From assembly GCA_031549605.1 (NCBI GenBank), contig JAVBPM010000002.1, forward strand, positions 9,254-73,253: a stretch of DNA of 64,000 nucleotides, given 5' to 3'. Position 1 is the stretch's first letter. Every line of letters begins with the position of its first letter. Origin of the DNA: Oscillospiraceae bacterium. Lineage in GTDB: Bacteria; Bacillota; Clostridia; Oscillospirales; UBA929. A program made the translations under genes and the position numbers. This document shows positions 1-9,117 of this stretch, piece after piece. The notes below the pieces were generated by a model that worked only from the letters and a program-made list of their open reading frames with translations, did not search any database and was not told the origin of the DNA.

Positions 1-412
1 GCACCTTGGTGACCAGCAGCACTACGATAATCGACATCATGACGAACAGCGTGGCCGGGTAGAGCACCGCGCCACGCACCTTTTCCTTCATCGCTTTTTC
101 GCGCTCGTAGTAGTCGGCCATTTTGAACAGCACGCTGTCCAGCCGACCCGACACATCACCGATGCTCAGCATACTTATCAGATAGTCGGGAAACCCGCCT
201 ACCTTTTCCATAGCCTCGCCCAGCGGCATATTGTGCTGCAGCAGCTCGTCAAGCTGCACCAGAATTTTCTTCAGGCGCCCCTCGCCGGTGTCCTCGACCA
301 TAGCGGCCACACCCTGATGCAGCGGCACGCCGGCCTTGAGGATCATGGCCAGTTGTGTACAGAAAATGGACACATCGCCGGCCGATAAAACGCGCTTACT
401 CGCCTTACCCAA
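1..412 (-). CDS. Type II secretion system F-family / type IV pilus platform protein (PilC/GspF-like), N-terminal part; gene runs off the left edge
   Basis: Not in the ORF track because it is open at the window edge. My translation of the minus strand from TTG at 412-410 gives MGKASKRVLSAGDVSIFCTQLAMILKAGVPLHQGVAAMVEDTGEGRLKKILVQLDELLQHNMPLGEAMEKVGGFPDYLISMLSIGDVSGRLDSVLFKMADYYEREKAMKEKVRGAVLYPATLFVMMSIIVVLLVTKV. This is the typical first T2SSF repeat followed by a TM helix. Confidence 0.7.
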   Translation of the reverse strand, partial: MGKASKRVLSAGDVSIFCTQLAMILKAGVPLHQGVAAMVEDTGEGRLKKILVQLDELLQHNMPLGEAMEKVGGFPDYLISMLSIGDVSGRLDSVLFKMADYYEREKAMKEKVRGAVLYPATLFVMMSIIVVLLVTKV

Positions 413-443
413 GTCGCATACACCTCACGTTCATATTTCGGAG

Positions 444-1289
444 CTAAAACTCATCTGTCTTGCGATAATTACTGCCATCGCCGATGTAATTGGTGGCCGT
501 TTCAACACCGGCCGTGGATAAAAAGGTGGGATCCATCAGCGAAAATTTCTTGCCGTCAAATTGTATGGGACCGGTGGCCACCCAACCCACCTTGTCAATG
601 TACACCTCAACCCAGGCGTGGTAGGCGTTGCCCTTGACGTAGCCCATCACCACCTTGGTGGGAATGCCCTGAGAGCGTAAAATCGAGGCCATGACGGCGG
701 CATAGTCGTAGCAAATGCCCTTGCGCGAGGACCATACGGTGTCAATCGACGGCACATAGCCACCCTGCACCGTTTTGGCCTTGTCGTAGTCATAGCTCAT
801 GCGCTGAGCCACGAGATTGTAAACGCGGTCGACCTTTTCAAACACCGTCTTTGCGTTTGTCACGGCGTTAATGCCGTCAATAACCGGCTTACTGGTGTTG
901 GTGTAATCAACAATCTGGCTGCTGACCAAAAAGGGGGCATTGGGGTTACTCATGGCGGCGGTAAACTCGGCAGTCTGAATAATCGCGTACTCATTGCCCT
1001 GAATGTTCTCCAGCACCGTACAGCTATAGGTACCGTTACCCACCTGTAGCGGATAGCGCGTCGGCTTTTCGCCAAATAAATCATACGTATGGGTCGAGCC
1101 GCCCTTGGTAATCTGCACCTTAATTTTTTTATTGAGTGTCGCGGTGCAGGTCACGGTGATGTAGCCGCTGTCGGCGCTGACAGCGTCAATTTTGGATTTT
1201 GCGCCGGTAAACAGGCGCGCGGCGGCGGCATTGGCGGCAAAGACGCCAAACAGCGTCAGCACAACCACCAGCGTACACATTTTCTTCAC
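444..1289 (-). CDS. Secreted transglutaminase-like domain protein
   Basis: Track ORF 444..1316. Signal-peptide-like N-terminus (MCTLVVVLTLFGVFAANAAAA). Transglutaminase-core Cys/His/Asp contexts are present (GICYDYAAV, YHAWVEVY, LMDPT). Start moved to GTG 1289, 6 nt downstream of GAGGTG. Confidence 0.75.
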   Translation of the reverse strand: MKKMCTLVVVLTLFGVFAANAAAARLFTGAKSKIDAVSADSGYITVTCTATLNKKIKVQITKGGSTHTYDLFGEKPTRYPLQVGNGTYSCTVLENIQGNEYAIIQTAEFTAAMSNPNAPFLVSSQIVDYTNTSKPVIDGINAVTNAKTVFEKVDRVYNLVAQRMSYDYDKAKTVQGGYVPSIDTVWSSRKGICYDYAAVMASILRSQGIPTKVVMGYVKGNAYHAWVEVYIDKVGWVATGPIQFDGKKFSLMDPTFLSTAGVETATNYIGDGSNYRKTDEF

Positions 1290-1319
1290 GGGACACACCT
1301 CACTTCGGAGTCTCAAATG

Positions 1320-2075
1320 TTATGGTTTGGTCAGTGTCTCGACATACCTAAATACCGTTATATACCGCTTGTCGGAGGTGTTTTTGGGGTGGCACGAGGT
1401 GAGAATCAGCTCACTGTACTCGCGCCGCACCATATGGCTCCAGTCGCGCTTACCGGTAATGACAAAAGACTCAAAGGCATAGACATAGACCTTCTTGCCA
1501 AAGGTAACATAGGCCTTGTCGCCCACCTGCAGCTTGTCGATGTTGTAGAACGGCGAACCGTAGCCGGTGCGATGACCGGCAATCATGACGCGCTGGGTCG
1601 GGTTGGGGCCGGGCATATCCGAGTTGGAAAATAGCCCGGGGCCGCTCTTTAGCTTCTGCCATGTAGTGCCGTCCACGACATAGGCGTTGACGCCCATACG
1701 CGGCACCGACAGCTTGAAGTCCTTGTTTTTATACTGCGCGCGGTCGGAATAGGGTACTGTCGAGTCTCCTTCCCATACATGAGACGGATCGTCGCCGTAA
1801 AAAGTTCCGTCGTCAACGGTCGGGTCATCCTCGCCAAAATTCAACCCCTGCCCGTCAAAGACAACATCGCCCCAGCTGTCTATGCTGTCAAAGTCGCCGA
1901 ACTGGTCGACTTTGATGTTTCCCTTTTCGTATTGCGTCGCGTACCAACTGCGCAGCAGGTTGCCGGCAAAGTTAATCCACAGAAAATACAGAACCATCAG
2001 CAGCCCGACGACAATCATGGCAATGCCGATTATCTTACGCGGCGACGGGCGCTTCCTAATCATCCTCAAACTCAT
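1320..2075 (-). CDS. Sortase family transpeptidase
   Basis: 251-aa ORF with an N-terminal TM helix (IIGIAMIVVGLLMVLYFLWI). Conserved His motif (VMIAGHRTG) and catalytic Cys motif LILTSCHP (TLxTC type). Confidence 0.8.
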   Translation of the reverse strand: MSLRMIRKRPSPRKIIGIAMIVVGLLMVLYFLWINFAGNLLRSWYATQYEKGNIKVDQFGDFDSIDSWGDVVFDGQGLNFGEDDPTVDDGTFYGDDPSHVWEGDSTVPYSDRAQYKNKDFKLSVPRMGVNAYVVDGTTWQKLKSGPGLFSNSDMPGPNPTQRVMIAGHRTGYGSPFYNIDKLQVGDKAYVTFGKKVYVYAFESFVITGKRDWSHMVRREYSELILTSCHPKNTSDKRYITVFRYVETLTKP

Positions 2076-2120
2076 AACGATTTCACTCTCATCCTCACGG
2101 GTTGCCGGCCAACTGCGGTC

Positions 2121-2150
2121 AACAAAAACAGGCCGCGTAATTCGGCCTTT
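2121..2150 (-). terminator. Intrinsic terminator after the SARP-like regulator gene
   Basis: Stem AGGCCG (2130-2135) / CGGCCT (2143-2148) with a 7-nt loop. It is followed on the minus strand by a U-run (plus-strand AAAAA at 2124-2128). Confidence 0.5.
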
Positions 2151-2222
2151 CTATTGTAACTGGCAATTTGCCTTTTGTCTATACCAAAAGCGTTATACTT
2201 CGATGCTTTTTGACACGATAGA

Positions 2223-3431
2223 CTAGCTCTCGCTCTCACCCTCGATGGGCATGAACTTGTGGCGCAGCTGCACGGCGCCGCTGCGACTGAGCTGATAGAA
2301 GCGCTTAAAAATCTTGTTCATAACAATCTCACAGTCGTCCATCGACAGGCTGGACAGCATAATCACATACTGCGTGCGACTGTAGCGGGCAATGGTGTCG
2401 CCCTTGCGCAGCGAGGTCACCAGCGCCTGACGGGCGCAATCCATGGCGTTTTCGCAGGCGTCGCCGGTCAGGTCGCCGCCCTTGCTGTTAATCAGCGTCA
2501 GCAAGCCGATGAACAGTGTGTCCTGCACACGGTCAAGACGCCGCGCCTGCAGCCGGTAAATGTTTTTGAATATTTCGTATCCGCAGTAAAAGGCTTCATG
2601 CGCCTTTAACCCCTCGTCCAAATCGTGTTTAATCGTCTGCAAATCGGCGTCGGCCTCGGCCACACAGGCGGCCACCACGGCATACATATCGCGCATCGGC
2701 TGCGACAGCCGCACACCCATTTCCTTGTACATCAGTGCCGCGGCATACTCGTAGTGTGCCATGGCCTGCTGGTGCTTGCCCAGCGATGCCAGTGTTTTCA
2801 TTTTGAGCAGGTGCAGCTTCTCATCCAGCGCGTCAACGCCCAGCGCGCGCGCTACCAAGGCGTCGGCGTCGGCCTCACGGCCCTGCTCAAGCAGCAGGTC
2901 ACACAGCTGCTGAACGTGGGAAACGTACAGATCGTGCAGATAGGCGTTGACCGGCTGCACCCATGTTTCAAAATCATTTTGCTGCAGAAAGCGGCCGTGG
3001 TATAGCTGCACCGCTTGCATCAACAGCTCGACCTTTTGCGCGTCGTCGGTGTACAACCGATCGGCCTCATCAAACAGCGCCTCCATGCACTCGCTGTCAA
3101 CCACGACGGGACTGTCGTTGTTCCAGTAATATGCGCCCTGCTTAAAAAGTATGTAGTCGCGCGGCGTGCCGTTGTCAAACGCTTTGAGCGCCGTGCGTAA
3201 ACGGTAGGCCAAATTTTTCAGCGCACCGCCGGTGTTTTCAATGCGGTTGTCGCCCCACAACACGTCAGCCAGCCGCTCGGGCGTAATCACCTTGTTGCGG
3301 TTGCAGATTAAAAACTGCAACAACAACCACACCTGCCGATTTCGGTCAGACTTATCAGGCAGCGTAACCTGCCCGTTGTCCAGCGAAAAATCGCCAAGCA
3401 TGGTGACAGTAATTGGTACTGACGTCTTCAA
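2223..3431 (-). CDS. SARP/BTAD-type transcriptional activator fused to a degenerate GGDEF-like C-terminal domain
   Basis: 402-aa ORF. N-terminal winged-helix plus BTAD pattern (TVTMLGDFSL...RNRQVWLLLQFLI...PERLADVLWGD...LKNLAYRLRTAL). The C-terminus has GGDEF-domain topology, but the signature position reads RYSRTQYVIML instead of RxGGDEF. Confidence 0.65.
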   Translation of the reverse strand: MKTSVPITVTMLGDFSLDNGQVTLPDKSDRNRQVWLLLQFLICNRNKVITPERLADVLWGDNRIENTGGALKNLAYRLRTALKAFDNGTPRDYILFKQGAYYWNNDSPVVVDSECMEALFDEADRLYTDDAQKVELLMQAVQLYHGRFLQQNDFETWVQPVNAYLHDLYVSHVQQLCDLLLEQGREADADALVARALGVDALDEKLHLLKMKTLASLGKHQQAMAHYEYAAALMYKEMGVRLSQPMRDMYAVVAACVAEADADLQTIKHDLDEGLKAHEAFYCGYEIFKNIYRLQARRLDRVQDTLFIGLLTLINSKGGDLTGDACENAMDCARQALVTSLRKGDTIARYSRTQYVIMLSSLSMDDCEIVMNKIFKRFYQLSRSGAVQLRHKFMPIEGESES

Positions 3432-3563
3432 GCGTTCACCTCAAGCAATACTGTTTCAATCCAAAACTGGTAATTTTTGGACAATACTATTGTAGACGGC
3501 TGTCGCTGTTCTGTAAACGGGTTTATGTTACATTTTGATTACACCTAAGTTGATTCACTCACC

Positions 3564-4901
3564 TCAGACAGCCTTCGGCTCGGCGTCGACGTCCGCTGGT
3601 TTGTGCCATTTGCCCGACAGCACGCGCGGCACAAAGAAGCAGGCGCGCCCAACCCAGTCGGCCATCATGGCCAGCCAGATGCCCAGCAGCCCCATGCCCA
3701 AAACCGTGCCCAGCAGCCACGAGCCTAGCAAACGCAGCACAAACAGCGAGCCAAGCGACGACTTCATGGTGTACACAGCGTCACCCGCGCCGCGCAGCGC
3801 ATTGGGCGTGACAAACGACGGCGCCCAAAAGACAATCGAGACAATCGAATAGAGCACCAGCACGGGAAAGGCCAGCTTGGCGGCCTCGGCGCCGATGGCA
3901 CTGGTGGTGTCGACGTTCATGGCAATCAACACGCGCAGGAAGGGCCACGACAGCAGCGAAATGGCCGCCTGCAGCAGACAGGCCAAGCCGGTCATTTTAA
4001 TCATATAGCGCTTGGCCTCGTCAAAGCGGCCGGCGCCATATGCCTGTCCCACCATGGTGACGACAATGACCTGCACGGCGCCGCCGGGCAACAGCAGCAG
4101 AGAGGTGATGTTGTTGCAGGCGACATTGGCGTTAAGCACCGCCTCGCCCATGCCCGACATAAAAACCATGACAACCAGCTTGGTGCCGTTGAAAAAGAGC
4201 GAATCCATGCCCGCCGGCACGGCAATGCGCAGCACTGGCCGCAGCACCGCCATATCCAGCTTGAGCGATAACTTGCCCAGCGGCATCGTGCCGTCGCCGC
4301 GCCACTGCACAAACATCAGGTAGCCGGCACAGGCGACCCGACTGGCGACAAGACCGCAGCCCAGCGCATCAATGCCCATGTCCAGCACATTCATGCAGAA
4401 GAAGGTGACAATTACCAGCGCCACATTGGCTAAAATGGAGGCAATCATGGGGCTGACATTGTTGCCGCGCGCCCGCATGATGCCCGACAAGGCCGAGTAA
4501 ATGGCCCACAACGGCAGCGTGGCCAGCGAATAGAGCAGATAGTTACTCGCCTGCGACTGTGTAGCGGGATGACTGCTGCCGAACAATAGCGAAATCATAG
4601 GCTGCCGCAGCACGCCCAACACCAGACCAATGCAAGCGGCGGCCATCGCCACCGCCACCACCGCCTGAGCCGCCGCATGGGCGGCCTGCCCCGTGTCGCC
4701 GCGCCCATACGCCTGCGCCACGACAACGGTGATGCCGCTGGAAAAGGCCATGAACAGACCAAACAGCACCATGTTGATGGATATGACAAGGCCGACCGCA
4801 GGCATGGTGTGCACCGAAATGCCCTTGCCCATAGCGGCCGACACAAAACTAACCAGCGTCGTCAGCAGCGATTCGGCCAGCACCGGCCAGAAAAGCGCCA
4901 T
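3564..4901 (-). CDS. MATE family efflux transporter
   Basis: Track ORF 3564..4988, a 12-TM MATE-like sequence. Start moved to ATG 4901 (MALFWPVLAESLL), which removes the 74-nt overlap with the upstream Fur-family gene. Confidence 0.85.
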   Translation of the reverse strand: MALFWPVLAESLLTTLVSFVSAAMGKGISVHTMPAVGLVISINMVLFGLFMAFSSGITVVVAQAYGRGDTGQAAHAAAQAVVAVAMAAACIGLVLGVLRQPMISLLFGSSHPATQSQASNYLLYSLATLPLWAIYSALSGIMRARGNNVSPMIASILANVALVIVTFFCMNVLDMGIDALGCGLVASRVACAGYLMFVQWRGDGTMPLGKLSLKLDMAVLRPVLRIAVPAGMDSLFFNGTKLVVMVFMSGMGEAVLNANVACNNITSLLLLPGGAVQVIVVTMVGQAYGAGRFDEAKRYMIKMTGLACLLQAAISLLSWPFLRVLIAMNVDTTSAIGAEAAKLAFPVLVLYSIVSIVFWAPSFVTPNALRGAGDAVYTMKSSLGSLFVLRLLGSWLLGTVLGMGLLGIWLAMMADWVGRACFFVPRVLSGKWHKPADVDAEPKAV

Positions 4902-4914
4902 GACACTCTTTCGA

Positions 4915-5325
4915 TTAAATAACAGGGGGCTCACCTTCTCTTTTGCAGGCGGCACAGCGGCCATAAAAGACAGTGCGATGCTCGTCAATGGTAAAGCCGT
5001 AGTGCGCCAGCGCCTCAGCCGTCACCTGCGCGCTGTGCAGCAGCTCCATGTGAAACAGCGTGCCGCAGCTGTCGCAGCGCAAATGGCAATGGTTGCAGGT
5101 GCCGTGCGCGACATAGCGATAGCAGGCGCTCTGCCCGTCGTGGTTGCAGTAGCGCTGCAACTCGCCGTCCTGCTCCAGCTCCTTGAGATAGCGGTAGACC
5201 GTCGCCTTGCTCACCTTTTTGCCGTCGCGCGCCAGTTGCTCCATGACGTCGTCGACGGTGACGTGATGCCCGTTCGCTTGCTTCAGACAGTCGAGTATCG
5301 TCTGTTTTTGCCACGTGCTGCCCAT
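4915..5325 (-). CDS. Fur family transcriptional repressor (Fur/PerR/Zur type)
   Basis: 136 aa with a winged-helix region (KATVYRYLKELEQDGEL). Metal-binding His/Cys clusters are present (HGTCNHCHLRCDSCG ... GRCAAC). Confidence 0.85.
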   Translation of the reverse strand: MGSTWQKQTILDCLKQANGHHVTVDDVMEQLARDGKKVSKATVYRYLKELEQDGELQRYCNHDGQSACYRYVAHGTCNHCHLRCDSCGTLFHMELLHSAQVTAEALAHYGFTIDEHRTVFYGRCAACKREGEPPVI

Positions 5326-5360
5326 AAAACAATCACCCGCCGTAATATAGTACGCTATTT

Positions 5361-7430
5361 TTACACGCTGTAAAGCAAATCACCATAGCTGGGCAGCGGC
5401 CAGTAGTCGTTGCCCACCAGCGGCTCCAACTCGTCGGCAACCGCGCGCAGTGCCGCCATAGCGGGAATGACCTTGGCGCGGTAGGTGGTGGCGCGCTGCT
5501 CGGCACCGTCGACCTCCAGTGCGCGACCGGCGGCCTGCGACAGCTTTTCCATGGCCATGTACAGCTTTTCCAGCTTGTCGCTAATGGCGCGCACGCGCAG
5601 CGCCAGCTTGGGCGTTTTGATGCCGGCAGCCCCAAGGCTGTTCAGCCCGGCGGCGGCATCGGACAGGCAGCTGATCACTGCCGGCGACAAATCACGCGAC
5701 GCGATATCGAGCATGGTGGCCGCCTCAATGCGAATGGCCTTGCTGTACAAATCGAGTAAAATATCGCAACGCGAGCGAATTTCACCGCGCGTCAGCACCT
5801 TCTGCCGCTCGAAACAAGCGACGTTTTTGTCGCGCACAAAGGTGGCCAGCGCCATGTCGGCGGTCGGCAGCAGCTCGAGACCGCGCGCGGCGGCCTCCTC
5901 GGCCCATTCGCGCGTGTAGTTGTTGCCGTTGTAGACTATGCGGCTATGCCGCGTCACGGTGTCGGCGAGCAGCTCGTCCAGCGGCGTGCCGCGCTCCAGT
6001 GCGTCGGCAAAGCTGTCCAGCGTATCGGCGACAATGGTGTTGAGTACAAAGTTCGGCCCGGCAATCGACAACGAGGAGCCGACCATGCGGAACTCAAACC
6101 GGTTGCCGGTAAAGGCAAAGGGCGAGGTGCGGTTGCGGTCGGTCGTGTCGCGCAGCAGGATGGGAATGACGTCGGCGCCGACGTGCATATCGCTTTTGTC
6201 GCGTGTAGACGCCGCTTCGCCGCGCACCACGGCGGCCAGCATATCAGTCAGCTCGTCGCCCAAAAAGACGGAGATAATCGAGGGCGGCGCTTCAGAACCA
6301 CCCAGCCGGCAGTCGTTACCCGCCGTCGCGGCACTCAGCCGCAATAAATCCTGATAATCGTCAACGGCCTTGAGCACGGCGCAGAGAAAGAGCAAAAAGC
6401 GCTTGTTGTCGCCCTGCTTGCTCGGCTTGAGCAGGTTGTCGCCAGTGTCGGTCATCAGCGACCAGTTATTGTGCTTGCCCGACCCGTTGACGCCGTCAAA
6501 CGGCTTTTCGTGCAGCAAACACACCAGCCCGTGCCGGTCGGCGACTTTTTTCATCATTTCCATAATCAGCTGGTTGTGGTCACAGGCGATGTTGACCGTT
6601 TCAAAGACCGGTGCCAGCTCGTGCTGCGACGGCGCCGTCTCGTTGTGGCGAATCTTGGCCGTTACGCCCAGCTTCCACAGCTCGACGTCCAGCTCCTTCA
6701 TATAGGCGGCCACGCGCGGCTTGATGATGCCCGAATAGTGGTCCTCCATCTCCTGACCCTTGGGCGGCTTGGCGCCAAAAAGCGTGCGGCCGCAGACAAT
6801 CAAATCACGGCGCTTGGACACCAGTTCCTTGTCTATGAGAAAATACTCCTGCTCAGCGCCGCAGTTGGTCAGCACCTGCTTGACCGCTGTGTGTCCCAAC
6901 AAATGCAGCACACGCGTCGCGGCGCGGTTGATGGCCTCCATCGAGCGCAGCAGCGGCGTTTTCTTATCCAGCGCCTCGCCGGTAAACGAGCAAAACGCCG
7001 TGGGAATACACAGCGTATCGTCTTTGATAAAGGCATAGGACGACGGGTCCCACGCCGTGTAGCCGCGCGCCTCAAAGGTGGCGCGCAGACCGCCGCTGGG
7101 GAAGCTGGAGGCGTCAGGCTCGCCCTTGATGAGCATTTTGGCCGAAAACTCCATGCCGACAGCACCGCCCGGCTGCGGCGTGATAAAGGACTCGTGTTTT
7201 TCCGCCGTCACGCCGGTCATGGGCTGGAACCAGTGGGTAAAATGAGTCGCGCCGTTGTCCAGCGCCCAGTCCATCATGGCCGTCGCCACCTCACCCGCCA
7301 ACTCCGGCGGCAGCGTCTTGCCGTCGTCGATGGTGGCCTTGAGCTGGCGATAGCAGTCGGCTGTCAACAGCTTCTGCATCACGGCGTCGTTAAACACCTT
7401 ACAGCCAAACAACTCCTGAATATCCTTCAC
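5361..7430 (-). CDS. glnN: Glutamine synthetase type III
   Basis: Track ORF 5361..7499. About 690 aa of GSIII-like sequence (VKDIQELFGCKVFND..., HNETAPSQHELAPVFE, GSGKHNNWS). Start set to GTG 7430, 6 nt after GGAGGG, overlapping the upstream stop as GTGA. Confidence 0.9.
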   Translation of the reverse strand: MKDIQELFGCKVFNDAVMQKLLTADCYRQLKATIDDGKTLPPELAGEVATAMMDWALDNGATHFTHWFQPMTGVTAEKHESFITPQPGGAVGMEFSAKMLIKGEPDASSFPSGGLRATFEARGYTAWDPSSYAFIKDDTLCIPTAFCSFTGEALDKKTPLLRSMEAINRAATRVLHLLGHTAVKQVLTNCGAEQEYFLIDKELVSKRRDLIVCGRTLFGAKPPKGQEMEDHYSGIIKPRVAAYMKELDVELWKLGVTAKIRHNETAPSQHELAPVFETVNIACDHNQLIMEMMKKVADRHGLVCLLHEKPFDGVNGSGKHNNWSLMTDTGDNLLKPSKQGDNKRFLLFLCAVLKAVDDYQDLLRLSAATAGNDCRLGGSEAPPSIISVFLGDELTDMLAAVVRGEAASTRDKSDMHVGADVIPILLRDTTDRNRTSPFAFTGNRFEFRMVGSSLSIAGPNFVLNTIVADTLDSFADALERGTPLDELLADTVTRHSRIVYNGNNYTREWAEEAAARGLELLPTADMALATFVRDKNVACFERQKVLTRGEIRSRCDILLDLYSKAIRIEAATMLDIASRDLSPAVISCLSDAAAGLNSLGAAGIKTPKLALRVRAISDKLEKLYMAMEKLSQAAGRALEVDGAEQRATTYRAKVIPAMAALRAVADELEPLVGNDYWPLPSYGDLLYSV

Positions 7431-8245
7431 CGCTTGCCCTCCGTTTCCAAATCCCGCTTTATGCCTGCAATGACCTGCGCCAGCGCGTTGTCGTTGCAAT
7501 GACCCACCACCTGCCGCGCCTTGGCCTTGACGGCGGGCACGGCGTTGGCTGGCGCAAAAAAGTCAAACCGCTCGGCCATGGACAAATCGTTTTCGCCGTC
7601 GCCGACACAATAGACGCGCCGCGCGCCCACCCGCTCTGCCAGCCACGCCACCAGCGCACCCTTGTTGGCCGACTTGTCCTGTAATTCCAGCAGATACTTG
7701 TGTGAAAAAACGCAGTCAAACCAATCGCCGTAGCGCTGTTGGATAAACGCCTGCACCTGTTGCAGCCGATTTTCGTCGTCGGTAAACAGCGCCTTGAGCC
7801 ACGGCTCAGGCAACGCGTCGTAGTCGTCGCAGACAACGGGCGTGACGCCGATGGCGTCGAAGTGCCCCTGACTGTACAGCGTCGGCTGGTAGACATAAAT
7901 GGCGTCGAGGTTGTGCACCTCCAGCGGCAGACCGTCAAAGGCGTCCAGCACCGCGCGGCAAACGCGGCGGTAGTCGTGTTGCAGCGGCCGCGTGACCAGC
8001 GCGCTTTGCTTGCCGTAGTCGTAGACACAGCTGCCGTTGCTCAGTATGCAGGGCGCGTTGTACGGCACGCGCGGTTCAATGGTGGCAAAGCCCTGCAACG
8101 ACCGACCGGTCGCCACGGCAAAGTGACCGCCGTCGGCCATAAAACGCTCGATGGCGGCGCGGTTGGCCGCCGACACACGGTGGTCGCTGGTCAGCAGCGT
8201 GCCGTCCATGTCGGACGCCAGCAACACGGCGTCACACAAACCCAT
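7427..8245 (-). CDS. Cof-type HAD-IIB family hydrolase
   Basis: 272 aa with the DMDGTLL nucleophile motif near the N-terminus and a GDGENDLSM motif near the C-terminus. Confidence 0.85.
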   Translation of the reverse strand: MGLCDAVLLASDMDGTLLTSDHRVSAANRAAIERFMADGGHFAVATGRSLQGFATIEPRVPYNAPCILSNGSCVYDYGKQSALVTRPLQHDYRRVCRAVLDAFDGLPLEVHNLDAIYVYQPTLYSQGHFDAIGVTPVVCDDYDALPEPWLKALFTDDENRLQQVQAFIQQRYGDWFDCVFSHKYLLELQDKSANKGALVAWLAERVGARRVYCVGDGENDLSMAERFDFFAPANAVPAVKAKARQVVGHCNDNALAQVIAGIKRDLETEGKR

Positions 8246-8267
8246 ATCGGCACACTCCTCTCGCTGT

Positions 8268-8306
8268 AATAAATGGGGGCGGGTGTGACCCCGCCCGCGT
8301 TATTTA
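8268..8306 (-). terminator. GC-rich hairpin between thiT and the HAD gene
   Basis: Stem GGGCGGG (8277-8283) / CCCGCCC (8290-8296) flanked by AT-rich complementary runs (ATAAAT / ATTTAT). The minus-strand U-run is only moderate. Confidence 0.45.
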
Positions 8307-8846
8307 TGACGGCAAATCGCCGCCGGTAATGTACTTTTTAAGCGGCACCATCAGCATGGCACCAACGGCCATAACAATCAGCGTTTCGGGCAACATATAC
8401 CAGCCGTTATACAGCAGTGAGTGAACCCACATACTCTTGCCCGCCGGTGTGTATTGCGCCCAAACCGTGACACCGGCAATATAGTGAATGACAAACCGCC
8501 CTACACCGGCTATCAAGCCGCCCCAGATTAAGCCGCTTTGACGACGGTAGCACAGTCCGGCAAACCCGAGCATCATAAAGGCAAACCCGTAGTCGAGCAG
8601 GAACGACCAAACCGTCACCGCGACAAAACTGCCCAGTAAACCTTGGAGCGTACCGTAGACAAATCCGGCAATCAGACCGGGTACTGTGCCCCAGCGCACG
8701 GCGTAGAGTACGACCGGCAGCATGGACGCGGCGGTGACCGAACCACCCAGCGGCATGTCAAACATCTTGACATAGCTGAGCAAGATGCCGACGGCCACGA
8801 GCATGGCGCCCTCGACCAGGGCGCGCAGGGATAGGCTTTTCCTCAT
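8304..8846 (-). CDS. thiT: Energy-coupling-factor thiamine transporter S component ThiT
   Basis: Track ORF 8304..8933. Start set to ATG 8846 (MRKSLSLRALVEGAMLVAVGILLSYV...). Six-TM ThiT-like sequence lying directly downstream of a TPP riboswitch. Confidence 0.85.
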   Translation of the reverse strand: MRKSLSLRALVEGAMLVAVGILLSYVKMFDMPLGGSVTAASMLPVVLYAVRWGTVPGLIAGFVYGTLQGLLGSFVAVTVWSFLLDYGFAFMMLGFAGLCYRRQSGLIWGGLIAGVGRFVIHYIAGVTVWAQYTPAGKSMWVHSLLYNGWYMLPETLIVMAVGAMLMVPLKKYITGGDLPS

Positions 8847-8852
8847 GTTTAC

Positions 8853-8992
8853 CACTCCTTCCGGGGATGACCTTGGAAGGACCAATAAACGGTCCACTCT
8901 CCCTACGGCAGCATTACCTGCATCAGGTTCCAAGGGTTGACTGTGTCTACACAGTCTCTCAGCCGGCTCAAGGCCAGCACCCCGTCTTCAAA
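8853..8992 (-). promoter_or_regulatory. TPP (THI-box) riboswitch with SD-sequestering expression platform
   Basis: The minus strand reads GGGGTGC..GCTGAGA..AACCCTTGGAACCTGATGCAGGTAATGCTGCCGTAGGGA, matching the invariant THI-box elements. Downstream, CCTTCC (8880-8875) is complementary to the SD core GGAAGG (8862-8857) of thiT. Confidence 0.85.
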
Positions 8993-9001
8993 ATTCGGTT
9001 T

Positions 9002-9030
9002 ATTATACGCCCTGTGGCGAATACTGTCAA
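9002..9030 (-). promoter_or_regulatory. Sigma-70/SigA-type promoter for the TPP riboswitch-thiT unit
   Basis: On the minus strand: TTGACA (9030-9025), a 17-nt spacer, then TATAAT (9007-9002). Both hexamers match consensus perfectly. Confidence 0.6.
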
Positions 9031-9117
9031 GCGCGGCGGCGTCAAACTTTCGCACTGGACGAGCGCCGAAAGCTGTATTATAATAGGCGATATAGTCAAA
9101 CTGAACGGGGTGTCTGG

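Noticed and set aside
336-521. A 61-aa plus-strand ORF at the junction of the transglutaminase-like and T2SS-F genes.
   Set aside because: It overlaps both minus-strand genes in antisense. It has a TTG start without an SD motif and no conservation signal.
2205-2217. GCTTTTTGACACG just downstream of the regulator gene matches 11 nt of the repeat family's 3' terminus (TTTTTGACACGCTG). It could be a solo TIR.
   Set aside because: The match is only 11 nt and is dominated by a T-run plus TTGACA. There is no adjacent element sequence or flanking duplication, so it is compatible with chance.
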